This document shows, one piece after another, positions 47,338-55,530 of a DNA stretch of 64,000 nucleotides. Position 1 is the stretch's first letter; each line of letters opens with the position of its first letter. Below the pieces are notes generated by a model, which was not told the origin of the DNA, searched no databases, and worked only from the letters and a program-made list of their open reading frames with translations. The translations under genes were made by a program, and so were the position numbers. Where the stretch lies: assembly GCA_020057405.1 (NCBI GenBank), contig JAGVFW010000004.1, positions 96,001-160,000 on the forward strand. Direction: 5' to 3'. Source of the DNA: an archaeon (lineage in GTDB: Archaea > Micrarchaeota > Micrarchaeia > Norongarragalinales > UBA97).

Positions 47338-50133
47338 CTAGCCGCGTTCGAGAACGGTCTGGCCGGCAACCGGATCGAGGTTGTAGAGGTCGTAGCCAAC
47401 CCCGTTGTTCACGTCGCGGTTTCCTTGGAAGATGTTGCCTCGCATGCCTAGTATGTTGAAATTCAAGTCGCCAGAATAGTATCCCTGCAGGGCATAGTTG
47501 AGCCGATAGCCTTGCCTGCGTTCGTCTCCGTTTTGGTAGGTTGAACCGGATTGGCCGCACTCGGCATACGCCCGGTTGGACACGTAGTTCGGGTCGACAT
47601 AAACAGTCTGCAGATAGTTCCGACGAACTTCGTTACCAAGCACCTGGTTTTCGTTCCATTGCCTGAAGTACTCGTTCAGAGCTAGTTGCATTACAGCGCA
47701 ATACTTGCCGTTGGTGTTAGTTATTGAATTGTCGGCCAAGTAGTTTCGCATCACTGGCTGATAGAAGAACGGATTTCTTAGCGGGTCGTTAAAGCTCGTT
47801 GCGTCGATTGCGGGCGACCTCATGATAATCGGACCAGTTTCAGCAAGCGTGTTTGAGGCGTACACGACGTCATAAGCGCCGTTGTAAAGGTAGAGCGGCA
47901 GCATCACGTTCGAAAGCTGGTTGTTGTAGATTATGTTTTGGTAGGCGGAGTACGGCACGAGCGTGTAGAAGCTGCCGGCGGCGGGCGGGATGTCCCAAGG
48001 CTTGTCGACAGTCAACTGGCTGTTGGAACGCGAAGTCACTATCCGCACTTGGCCCGCTCCCTGGCCTGAAAGTATCGTCACGGCAGTCCGCGAGTTGAAG
48101 CCGGTCTTGCCCACCCAGTTCTTTGTGGAATCGGTCAGGTAGGTGGCGCCACCGCCTGTTGCAGTGCCGTAATCTTGAATCTGTTCAGTGTCCTCTCGCG
48201 CCTGTTGCGTCATGAACTCTTCTCCATCATTGCGGAATTGATCGTCGTTCTGCGGCCGCTCGCCAATGTTCTGAATACGGTTGTTGATTATCGCTGCGCC
48301 GGGGTCGAAAGAAAATTCTAGGCCGCCGGTTTCGGTCCGGTCGTTCTTGCGGATGCTGTTGTTCAATATGAAGGTGTTGCCGTCGAAGACCGCGTACTTG
48401 AAGTCGGTAAAGAGAATCCGGCCTGCCTCCCGGTCAAAGGTGTTTCCGCGGACAGTCAGGTACTTTCCGTATAATCCCCAAATGGGATACCACCTGCGGC
48501 CGGGATAACGGTAGTTTACGCCCGAAAGCAGTAGGTAATCCGAGTTGACGAAATTCATTGACTTGGAGGAAAGCGCGTTGATGTACAGGTTCTTGAGGAT
48601 AATTTTGGAGGCATAAACGCTGCAGTAGGGCGTCTGGCAGCCGCCGCCCGAATCGGTCCTAATTGAGTGCTCAAGGGCATCACCGCGGTCGGGCGCTTCG
48701 GAGTAATTAACGTTAATCAGAGACAAGTCCATCGCGCCAACTCGCGTGGCGCCGTTCCTAAACGTGATTGCGCCATCGCAGCAGTTGCTGATGTTGTAGT
48801 TGACTTTAGTGAGCAGCGGACCGTCTCCCTTGAGAACCACGTTTGAAGGCAACCAAATGCCGCTGCGGATAAGGTAATCGCCCGTAGGAACGTAAACCGT
48901 ACCGCCGCCAGCAGCTGAAGCGGCAGCAATGGCCGCGTTGAAAGCAGGAATTTCATTCACCAAACCACTGCCTTGAGCGCCATAATCACGCACGTTAAAC
49001 GTCCTTGACGCGATTTGCGCAAACTCGCCAGCCCAGAACACGTCAAGGCCCCAGGGGTCTGAAGAAACGGACGCGCCCCTAACAACGTCGTCTGAAAACG
49101 CGTCGCCAAAGGACCCTCCGAGACCGTTGTTGACCTTCACGCGGTAGTTAACACCTTGGGCAAGTGAAGGGGCAGTCAAGGCGAGGTAATAGGGCGTCGA
49201 CTCCGAACTTAGCACGCTTGCCGCAATCGTGTTGTTCTGGGAATCAACAAACCAAGCTGAAGGCGAGTGACCCGAAACCTGCATGTTTCGACCGAACACC
49301 CTTACCTTGACTCCAGCGTAGGCATACTCCGCGTCAACCATAGTAACGCGCGGCTTGTTCGCAAACCACTCGTTGCTCCGGCCGCCTGACTGGTCCTCAA
49401 GCCAAATAGCATACAATCCAGCTGGCGTCGCTTGTGGAACTCGGCCCTGAAGCACAACGCTCGAATAACTCACGAACTGTATCTGAACTGCAGCGTCACG
49501 AACACCCGTGTCCGAAACACGCTGAACCATCAGCTTGGCTTGAGATTGCGGCGTAAACTTACCGCCAACGAGGTTGAACGCGTCGTCGGGGTTAAGCGAC
49601 TCGCTCCCGTAATAAATTCTGGCGCCCGAATCGCCGGGCTCGGGGGTCGGGCTGGGTGACGGAGATGAAGATGGAGTTGGGGATGGCGAACCGCTTGGCG
49701 TCGGCGAGGGAGAACTGTTTGAAGCGGGACTTGGCGAGCCAATGGGCGTCGGAGACGGCGAAACTGAAGGACCGGGCGTAGGCACAGGCGTAACGACCGC
49801 ACCGCCGACGCAGTAAACTGGATCAACCAAAGTCACCCCGGTACAGGCGGCGAGACACTCATTCCAATAAGTACGGGCGTCAGAAGCGCACACGGGACGG
49901 TAAACCCCGCTGCAACCACAATTAACCGGAATCGGCGCAGGCGTCGGATTCACAGACGGGCTAGGCGACACCTCAGGTTGGGGTGTCGGGGTCGCGCCAA
50001 CATCGCGAGTAGAATTCGTTATCCGGCGGATCAAGTCTGCTGCGTCGTGGAGACCCACGAACGCAAGGCCTAGAATAACGATGCCGAGCACGGTAAAGCC
50101 GATGAAAAGCAAAGCTGGCCGGTCCAAATCCAC
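47338..50133 (-). CDS. Membrane-anchored surface protein: Kazal-like domain, Pro/Ser/Thr linker, Ig-like region, pectate-lyase-3-like beta-helix
   Basis: C.C..VYRPVCASD.RTYWNECLAAC; FNVRDYGA.G.G......FNAAI.......GGGTVYVP.G.Y. Confidence 0.85.
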   Translation of the reverse strand: MDLDRPALLFIGFTVLGIVILGLAFVGLHDAADLIRRITNSTRDVGATPTPQPEVSPSPSVNPTPAPIPVNCGCSGVYRPVCASDARTYWNECLAACTGVTLVDPVYCVGGAVVTPVPTPGPSVSPSPTPIGSPSPASNSSPSPTPSGSPSPTPSSSPSPSPTPEPGDSGARIYYGSESLNPDDAFNLVGGKFTPQSQAKLMVQRVSDTGVRDAAVQIQFVSYSSVVLQGRVPQATPAGLYAIWLEDQSGGRSNEWFANKPRVTMVDAEYAYAGVKVRVFGRNMQVSGHSPSAWFVDSQNNTIAASVLSSESTPYYLALTAPSLAQGVNYRVKVNNGLGGSFGDAFSDDVVRGASVSSDPWGLDVFWAGEFAQIASRTFNVRDYGAQGSGLVNEIPAFNAAIAAASAAGGGTVYVPTGDYLIRSGIWLPSNVVLKGDGPLLTKVNYNISNCCDGAITFRNGATRVGAMDLSLINVNYSEAPDRGDALEHSIRTDSGGGCQTPYCSVYASKIILKNLYINALSSKSMNFVNSDYLLLSGVNYRYPGRRWYPIWGLYGKYLTVRGNTFDREAGRILFTDFKYAVFDGNTFILNNSIRKNDRTETGGLEFSFDPGAAIINNRIQNIGERPQNDDQFRNDGEEFMTQQAREDTEQIQDYGTATGGGATYLTDSTKNWVGKTGFNSRTAVTILSGQGAGQVRIVTSRSNSQLTVDKPWDIPPAAGSFYTLVPYSAYQNIIYNNQLSNVMLPLYLYNGAYDVVYASNTLAETGPIIMRSPAIDATSFNDPLRNPFFYQPVMRNYLADNSITNTNGKYCAVMQLALNEYFRQWNENQVLGNEVRRNYLQTVYVDPNYVSNRAYAECGQSGSTYQNGDERRQGYRLNYALQGYYSGDLNFNILGMRGNIFQGNRDVNNGVGYDLYNLDPVAGQTVLERG

Positions 50134-50190
50134 GAAAAAGTAACTGCAGAACACTATATTTATCTTCACAAGCGGTTTGTCTTACTGCAC

Positions 50191-51036
50191 ATGGCAATAG
50201 GGGAAATCGCGGGCTCGCTTGCGGCACTAGGCAGTGCCGGCAGCTCGCTCATCCAACGAAAAGTATTGCGCCATGACCGGACAAGCCACTTGAGCTACGC
50301 AGTGCTCTACAACTTCGGAGGCGCCCTCGTGCTCTTGCCGTTCCTCTACTATTACCCGCCCATTCCCACCAACCCGGCAGGATGGCTTTACGCAGGGATT
50401 GCAACCACGCTTTGGGCAATCATCGGCGTGCTGGGGTTTTTTAACACAAAGAAAGTCGAAGCACCTAAACTGATTGTCCTCAAGCGCTTCAAGGTCGTCG
50501 CAATCGCGGCAATGAGCGTATTTTTCCTAGGTGAAGTACTCTCGCCGCAAAAAATTGGTGCGCTCCTGCTCATAATCGCAAGCGCGCTCTTGCTCACTTA
50601 CGATGGAAAGAAACTCAAGCTAGACCGCCAGTCACTCTTGGTGCTCTTCACGGCGTTTCTTACGGCAGGCGTGGTAATTGCGGACAAGGCCGCGCTTGCG
50701 TACTTCCCCCTGACTGCCTACGCGTTCATCGTTTTTCTCGTGCCTGGCCTCCTGGTCTTCGGCTACGCGAAAACGAGCTTCAACGCGCACTTGACCAACT
50801 TAAGCGGGCTCAAAAGGTGGGTTGCCGCCGACGTGCTCGTCGACGCGGCCACCTATTTGCTCATCCTCTTCGCGCTCCAAAACCTGTCCGCAACTTCAGT
50901 CGTGCTTTTGCAGGAACTATCGCTGCCCCTAGTCGCAGTAGGCGGGATAGTCCTGCTTCGGGAAAAGCGCGACTTGAAGAAAGTGGCCATGGCAGTCGCG
51001 CTTGCCCTCGCAGGCAGCGTGCTGCTCGTCATCTAG
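50191..51036 (+). CDS. EamA/DMT family transporter
   Basis: About 10 TMs in two repeats, FLGE / LLRE motifs. Confidence 0.85.
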   Translation: MAIGEIAGSLAALGSAGSSLIQRKVLRHDRTSHLSYAVLYNFGGALVLLPFLYYYPPIPTNPAGWLYAGIATTLWAIIGVLGFFNTKKVEAPKLIVLKRFKVVAIAAMSVFFLGEVLSPQKIGALLLIIASALLLTYDGKKLKLDRQSLLVLFTAFLTAGVVIADKAALAYFPLTAYAFIVFLVPGLLVFGYAKTSFNAHLTNLSGLKRWVAADVLVDAATYLLILFALQNLSATSVVLLQELSLPLVAVGGIVLLREKRDLKKVAMAVALALAGSVLLVI

Positions 51037-51074
51037 AAGGTTTAATTCACTATTCCCCACACAAGAATACTGAC

Positions 51075-51159
51075 GCAGGGGTGGCAGAGCCTGGCCAAAT
51101 GCGATGGGTTTAGGGCCCATTCCCTTAGGGGTTCGAGAGTTCAAATCTCTCCCCCTGCA
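51075..51159 (+). tRNA. tRNA-Leu(TAG)
   Basis: GCAGGGG/CCCCTGC acceptor, ATGGG-TT TAG GG-CCCAT, long variable arm. Confidence 0.95.
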
Positions 51160-51165
51160 TAGTGT

Positions 51166-51192
51166 AACTTACTAGAGTCTTCCCTCTCCAGC
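51166..51192 (+). repeat. att-like site 1 (degenerate, right half)
   Basis: AACTTACTAGAGTC-TTCCCTCTCCAG vs site 2 AACATACTAGAGTC-ACTCCCCCTGCA. Confidence 0.65.
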
Positions 51193-51251
51193 TTAGGCAG
51201 TCGCCTCAACGCGCCTAGTTGCGAGCAGTACGAGGATAATACTATTTAAAT

Positions 51252-51267
51252 ATTAGAATTTTCTAAT
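51252..51267. promoter_or_regulatory. Palindromic operator (likely ArsR autoregulation) just downstream of TATA
   Basis: ATTAGAA-tt-TTCTAAT between TTTAAA (51245-51250) and ATG 51275. Confidence 0.65.
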
Positions 51268-51274
51268 GTGTTAG

Positions 51275-51589
51275 ATGGACAAGGAGCTTTACAAGATTCA
51301 TGCGGATGTTTGCAAGGTTTTTTCCAACCCGGCGAGGCTGGAAATCCTTGACTTGCTTAGGGGCAAGGGAATGTCCGTTTCCGAACTCACCAGGCGGACG
51401 GGGTTGAGTCAAGCAAACGTTTCGCAGCACTTGTCGGTAATGAAGTCCAAGGGCATCGTGTCTTACAGGCGGAAGGGAAAGAACGTCTATTACTCGCTTT
51501 CAAACCCGAAGGTAGTTAAGGCATTCGACTTGATGCGCGAAGCGCTGGTAGAAAACCTCGCCAAGCGCTTTAAAGGAGGGCGGAACTGA
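51275..51589 (+). CDS. ArsR/SmtB family regulator
   Basis: NPARLEIL..L, SVSEL, SQ.NVSQHL, R.GK.VYYSL. Confidence 0.93.
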   Translation: MDKELYKIHADVCKVFSNPARLEILDLLRGKGMSVSELTRRTGLSQANVSQHLSVMKSKGIVSYRRKGKNVYYSLSNPKVVKAFDLMREALVENLAKRFKGGRN

Positions 51590-51590
51590 A

Positions 51591-51905
51591 ATGGCGAAAC
51601 TGGCGGTAGTTATCAGTTCCAACGAGCCGGAAAAGGCGTGGAACGCTTTCAGGTTCTCAACCCTGGCGCTTGGGAAAAAAGACGAAGTAAGCGTTTTTCT
51701 CATGAATAGTGGCGTCGAATGCCTTGTTGACTCGGAAAAATACGACGTCAAGGCGCTTTCGGACAAATTCGAGCAGAACGGGGGGAAGGTGCTCGCCTGC
51801 GGCACCTGCGTGAAAAACAGGAGCATGGGAAACGTCTGCGAGATTTCAAACATGGAAACGTTCTACAACCTCGTCACCGAGAGCGATAGGGCAATTTACT
51901 TCTAA
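51591..51905 (+). CDS. DsrE/DsrF-like sulfur-relay/redox protein
   Basis: V.VFLM..GV, LACGTC...R. Confidence 0.88.
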   Translation: MAKLAVVISSNEPEKAWNAFRFSTLALGKKDEVSVFLMNSGVECLVDSEKYDVKALSDKFEQNGGKVLACGTCVKNRSMGNVCEISNMETFYNLVTESDRAIYF

Positions 51906-51916
51906 AACCAACCCGC

Positions 51917-51957
51917 GCTTCAGACTCTAGAAACATACTAGAGTCACTCCCCCTGCA
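51917..51957 (+). repeat. att-like site 2
   Basis: GCTTCA-GACTCTAG-aaacata-CTAGAGTC-A-CTCCCCCTGCA. Confidence 0.85.
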
Positions 51958-51969
51958 TGTTCTATCTTT

Positions 51970-52557
51970 CTATAGTCTGCGCTGAAAAAGAATAGATTTC
52001 ACTCGACTGCCCAGCCACGTGTGAAAATATGATTTAACCGGGGTGAATCCGTCGCGAAGAAATTGACTAATTCTAGGCTTGTTCGCGGCATGTGTATCGC
52101 TAAGTGCGTACGTACAACCAATAGAGCGAGCATGCGACAATCGGGCGTCAGTAAGCATGGTGGAGATTTTTTCTCGACGAAAGTCTCTATCTACGAATAC
52201 TCCGTGCAAATGATAGTAGTTTCCAGGCTCAAGTAACTTATCGAATCGATGATTGTGATATTCGGGATCATAGCGCTCGCCCAATGCCATTCCAACAATA
52301 CGGTTTCTCGAATTCCTTGCAACGAGAAGAATGGCACTGTCGCCACGTTTTTCACGCAAGGCCACCATCATCTTGGCTAATTTGGTTGCGTCCCCTCGTT
52401 TTTTCAATACCTTTTCGTGAGGGGGCTCAGTGTAACACTGAAAGAAAATGTCTCCGATTCTTCGCATATCTGTTCTTGAAGGATTCCGCCCAAGTTCGTG
52501 GATCGTGAATGTCAGTTGACTAGCACCAGCCATCGTGGGAACACCTGTAGATACCAT
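51970..52557 (-). CDS. GNAT acetyltransferase
   Basis: L.GVFV..DFRR.KI...L, N.P......R.GF; visibly more AT-rich than core genes. Confidence 0.85.
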   Translation of the reverse strand: MVSTGVPTMAGASQLTFTIHELGRNPSRTDMRRIGDIFFQCYTEPPHEKVLKKRGDATKLAKMMVALREKRGDSAILLVARNSRNRIVGMALGERYDPEYHNHRFDKLLEPGNYYHLHGVFVDRDFRREKISTMLTDARLSHARSIGCTYALSDTHAANKPRISQFLRDGFTPVKSYFHTWLGSRVKSILFQRRL

Positions 52558-52606
52558 GACATCTGGCCATTAAAAATATCACATTCAACGAAAATCCCGA
52601 GCACAC

Positions 52607-52646
52607 CTTCAGACTCTAGTACGTTTCTAGAGTTACTCCCCCTGCA
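52607..52646 (+). repeat. att-like site 3
   Basis: CTTCA-GACTCTAG-tacgttt-CTAGAGTT-A-CTCCCCCTGCA. Confidence 0.85.
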
Positions 52647-52725
52647 GCTCGTATCTTTCCAAAGTCTTACGGTTCGCGCCAGTAGGCATATATAGCTGAA
52701 TTACGTCTATTTACATGGTGATTGC

Positions 52726-52974
52726 ATGCGAACTACACTTGAATTCGGGGGTTTGCCCGAGGCTATCCTCCAGAAGGCTGTTGAGTTGGGCATAGCGCGG
52801 TCCAAGACTGCTGCGCTCAGGATGGGAATTTTCTCTTTAAACAAGGAATTTCATCTCGTGGAAAATCCCGAGGCTGAACTCGTTTCACGCAAGCTGGCCG
52901 AAGAAGAGAAGGAAATGAAGAAAAACAAAGTCAAGTATTTGAGCGAGAAGGAAGCTCTTTCAAAGTACAGGTGA
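52726..52974 (+). CDS. Putative ribbon-helix-helix antitoxin
   Basis: GGTGA SD; beta-helix-helix N-terminus (G..RSKT.A.R.G), charged C-terminus; precedes toxin-like ORF. Confidence 0.7.
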   Translation: MRTTLEFGGLPEAILQKAVELGIARSKTAALRMGIFSLNKEFHLVENPEAELVSRKLAEEEKEMKKNKVKYLSEKEALSKYR

Positions 52975-52980
52975 GGCTCT

Positions 52981-53253
52981 TTGGACTTAACGCCTTACCG
53001 TCTCGACTTCAAGCCCGGTTGGGACCGCCACTTCAAGGACTTCGACAAGAGCGTACAGCAACTAATTCTGAAAAAGCTCGAGCACATGAAACAACCATTG
53101 CAAGCGAGAGGATTGCACAGCTCGCGTTACCGCGTAGAAGAAGCGGGAGGCTATAGGATCGCCCTCATTCAAGACGACGAAAACAGAATCAAACACATTC
53201 ATTTTGTCGGCAACCACCCGCAATACGAAAAATGGTATTCCGGAAAGGAATAG
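52981..53253 (+). CDS. RelE/ParE-like toxin
   Basis: Y.L.F...W...FK..DKS.Q..I.KKL, G.YRI, FVG.H..YE. Confidence 0.75.
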   Translation: MDLTPYRLDFKPGWDRHFKDFDKSVQQLILKKLEHMKQPLQARGLHSSRYRVEEAGGYRIALIQDDENRIKHIHFVGNHPQYEKWYSGKE

Positions 53254-53282
53254 CTTCAGACTCTAGTCGCTCCCCCCCTGCA
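53253..53282 (+). repeat. att-like site 4 (collapsed hairpin)
   Basis: GCTTCA-GACTCT-AGTC-GCTCCCCCCCTGCA; spacer and part of the arms deleted. Confidence 0.8.
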
Positions 53283-53332
53283 CTCGCTTAAACGGCAGGC
53301 ATAAATCCCCTAGTTCGATAATCGATGCGCAC

Positions 53333-54526
53333 ATGGCTACGGATTACTTCGGCAAGTCAGTTGAACTGCACAAGAAGCTAAAGGGCAAGATTTCGGTAGA
53401 GCCAAAAATCCGCATCAAGACACGCGAGGACTTGAGCCTCGTCTACACGCCCGGCGTGGCACAGCCATGCAAGGACATTGCAAAGAACCCCGAGCTCGCC
53501 TTCGACTACACGATTAAGGGAAATTCAGTCGCCGTGGTAAGCGACGGAAGTGCAGTCCTGGGGCTAGGCAACATTGGCGCCAAGGCAGCAATTCCAGTAA
53601 TGGAAGGCAAGGCGCTGTTGTTCAAGGAATTTGCCGACATCGATGCTTTCCCATTGTGCCTTGACACGCAGGATGCAGAGAAAATCATCGAGACAGTCAA
53701 GGCAATTGCACCCGTATTCGGCGGAATCAACCTCGAGGACATTGCCGCACCAAAGTGCTTTTTTGTTGAAGAGTCGCTCCAGGAATTAGGCATCCCGGTG
53801 ATGCACGACGACCAACACGGCACTGCTATCGTCGTTCTCGCTGGATTGTTTAACGCGACCAAAGTGAGCGGCAAGCCCCTCGAGGCAATGAAGATTGTCA
53901 TCAGCGGAAGCGGCGCTGCAGGAACTGCAATCGCCCGCATACTCTCCTGCTACGGCGACTTTGACAAGACCTGCAAGAGCGTCAAGGACATAATCGTGGT
54001 TGACAGCAAGGGCATCGTCGTGACCGGCAGGCCGGACTTAAACCACGCCAAGCTCGAGCTGTCCACGCACACTAACGAGGAAAATGTCGAGGGAACGCTT
54101 AACGACGCCCTCGTTGGCGCGGATGTCTTTATCGGAGTCAGTGCGCCGGGAGTGCTTAAAGCAAGCCACGTTAAACTAATGGCGAAAAACCCAATCATCT
54201 TCGCACTCGCAAACCCTGTTCCCGAAATCATGCCCGACGAGGCCAAGGCGGCGGGCGCAGCCATCGTCGCTACGGGCAGAAGCGATTTTCCAAACCAAGT
54301 CAACAACGCACTCGCGTTCCCGGGCGTCTTCCGCGGCGCACTTGACGCAAAGGCCGTGCGCATCACCGACGGCATGAAAGTCGCAGCTGCACGGGCAATT
54401 GCCGCCTGCGTGAAAAAGCCATCAACCGAGGAGATAATTCCGGCAGTGCTTGACAGGAATGTTGCAAAGAAAGTTGCCGAAGCAGTGAAGGCCGCCGCAA
54501 TCAAGGAAGGCGTAGTGCGCCACTAA
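53333..54526 (+). CDS. NAD(P)-dependent malic enzyme
   Basis: YTPGVA, DGSAVLGLG, MEGK, GGINLEDI, HDDQHGTA, TGRSDFPNQVNN. Confidence 0.95.
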   Translation: MATDYFGKSVELHKKLKGKISVEPKIRIKTREDLSLVYTPGVAQPCKDIAKNPELAFDYTIKGNSVAVVSDGSAVLGLGNIGAKAAIPVMEGKALLFKEFADIDAFPLCLDTQDAEKIIETVKAIAPVFGGINLEDIAAPKCFFVEESLQELGIPVMHDDQHGTAIVVLAGLFNATKVSGKPLEAMKIVISGSGAAGTAIARILSCYGDFDKTCKSVKDIIVVDSKGIVVTGRPDLNHAKLELSTHTNEENVEGTLNDALVGADVFIGVSAPGVLKASHVKLMAKNPIIFALANPVPEIMPDEAKAAGAAIVATGRSDFPNQVNNALAFPGVFRGALDAKAVRITDGMKVAAARAIAACVKKPSTEEIIPAVLDRNVAKKVAEAVKAAAIKEGVVRH

Positions 54527-54540
54527 GGCAATATCGGACG

Positions 54541-55260
54541 CTAAGGACTGGCCTGCATTGGCACTTCAATTAGCACTAACTCGCAGGGCGCGATGGTCTC
54601 GAAAACTATTTCGTCAGCGCTAGTAATTTCAGCCGAATCACCTTTCTTTAGCTCCTTGCCGTCCACTTTTGCCCCGCCGTGAACCAGGAAGGCAAAGAGG
54701 CCGCTTGAGCCACCGCGCATTTTGTACGCAAACTTTTTGCCTGCGTCAAAAGAGCCAAGCGAAAAAAAGGCAGTTTGGTGCATTGAAAGCGAGCCGTCCC
54801 GACCGTCAGGCGAAACTATGAGTTGGAGCTTGTTTTTCCGGTCGGCGGGGTCAAAGCGCTTTTGCTCGTATGATGGCGCGATTCCTTCCTTTGAGGGGAG
54901 AACCCACACTTGCAAAAAGTGCCCGGGCTCTTCAGTAGACGCGTTCATTTCAGAGTGCACGATGCCGGAACCTGCGCTCATGCGCTGCACTTCGCCGGCT
55001 GAAATCACGCCCGCGTTGCCCATGCTGTCGGCGTGGCGAAGCGACCCCTCAAGGACGATTGAAACGATTTCGGCGTCCGCGTGGGGGTGGCTCCCAAAGC
55101 CCCTTCCGCCCGCGATGACGTCGTCATTAAACACGATTAGCGTGCCAAAATTCCTTCTGTCGGGGTCAAAATACTCGCCAAAGCTAAACGAATGGCGGCT
55201 AGTCAGCCAGCCCAATTGCGTCAAGCCCCGCTTTTGCGAGGAGTGGATTGAAACATGCAT
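54541..55260 (-). CDS. Pirin-family protein (YhhW-like)
   Basis: HSFSFG.Y, N.D, GFG.HPH...E, H.DSMG, MSAGSGI.HSE.N, LQVW. Confidence 0.93.
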   Translation of the reverse strand: MHVSIHSSQKRGLTQLGWLTSRHSFSFGEYFDPDRRNFGTLIVFNDDVIAGGRGFGSHPHADAEIVSIVLEGSLRHADSMGNAGVISAGEVQRMSAGSGIVHSEMNASTEEPGHFLQVWVLPSKEGIAPSYEQKRFDPADRKNKLQLIVSPDGRDGSLSMHQTAFFSLGSFDAGKKFAYKMRGGSSGLFAFLVHGGAKVDGKELKKGDSAEITSADEIVFETIAPCELVLIEVPMQASP

Positions 55261-55530
55261 AGCAATTGGTTTACGTGGTTGCGTTTTCTTAACTCTTCGC
55301 AATGACAAGGCTTATTAGCAACCGGCGGCACAAAGGATATTATAGACAAAATGACGCTTTAGTTTGCATTGCTCACCGCGCTTGCCGCGGTTTGTGCGAG
55401 CCACTTCTTCTTCGAAGATTGGGGCTCTCTTGCATTAAGGGCTTTAACACCCAAACTGCAAATGAGCAATCAACTCAAGAGTCTAGTTTTTGCCCGCTTT
55501 TAGAACAACAAGCGGCGCGGTGAACCCAAA

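Larger units (their letters stand above)
51160..53282. mobile_element. Putative tRNA-anchored gene-cassette array (3 cassettes, 4 att-like sites)
   Basis: Related sites at ~51166-51192, 51917-51957, 52607-52646 and 53253-53282 delimit accessory genes. Confidence 0.7.

Noticed and set aside
51923-52634. Invertible GNAT switch between sites 2 and 3
   Set aside because: Only the 7-bp spacer is inverted while flanks remain direct; there is no evidence of segment inversion without reads
51160-53282. CRISPR array or classical attC integron
   Set aside because: Spacers are 600-730 bp gene-bearing units; no cas or intI genes; sites lack attC R/L box architecture
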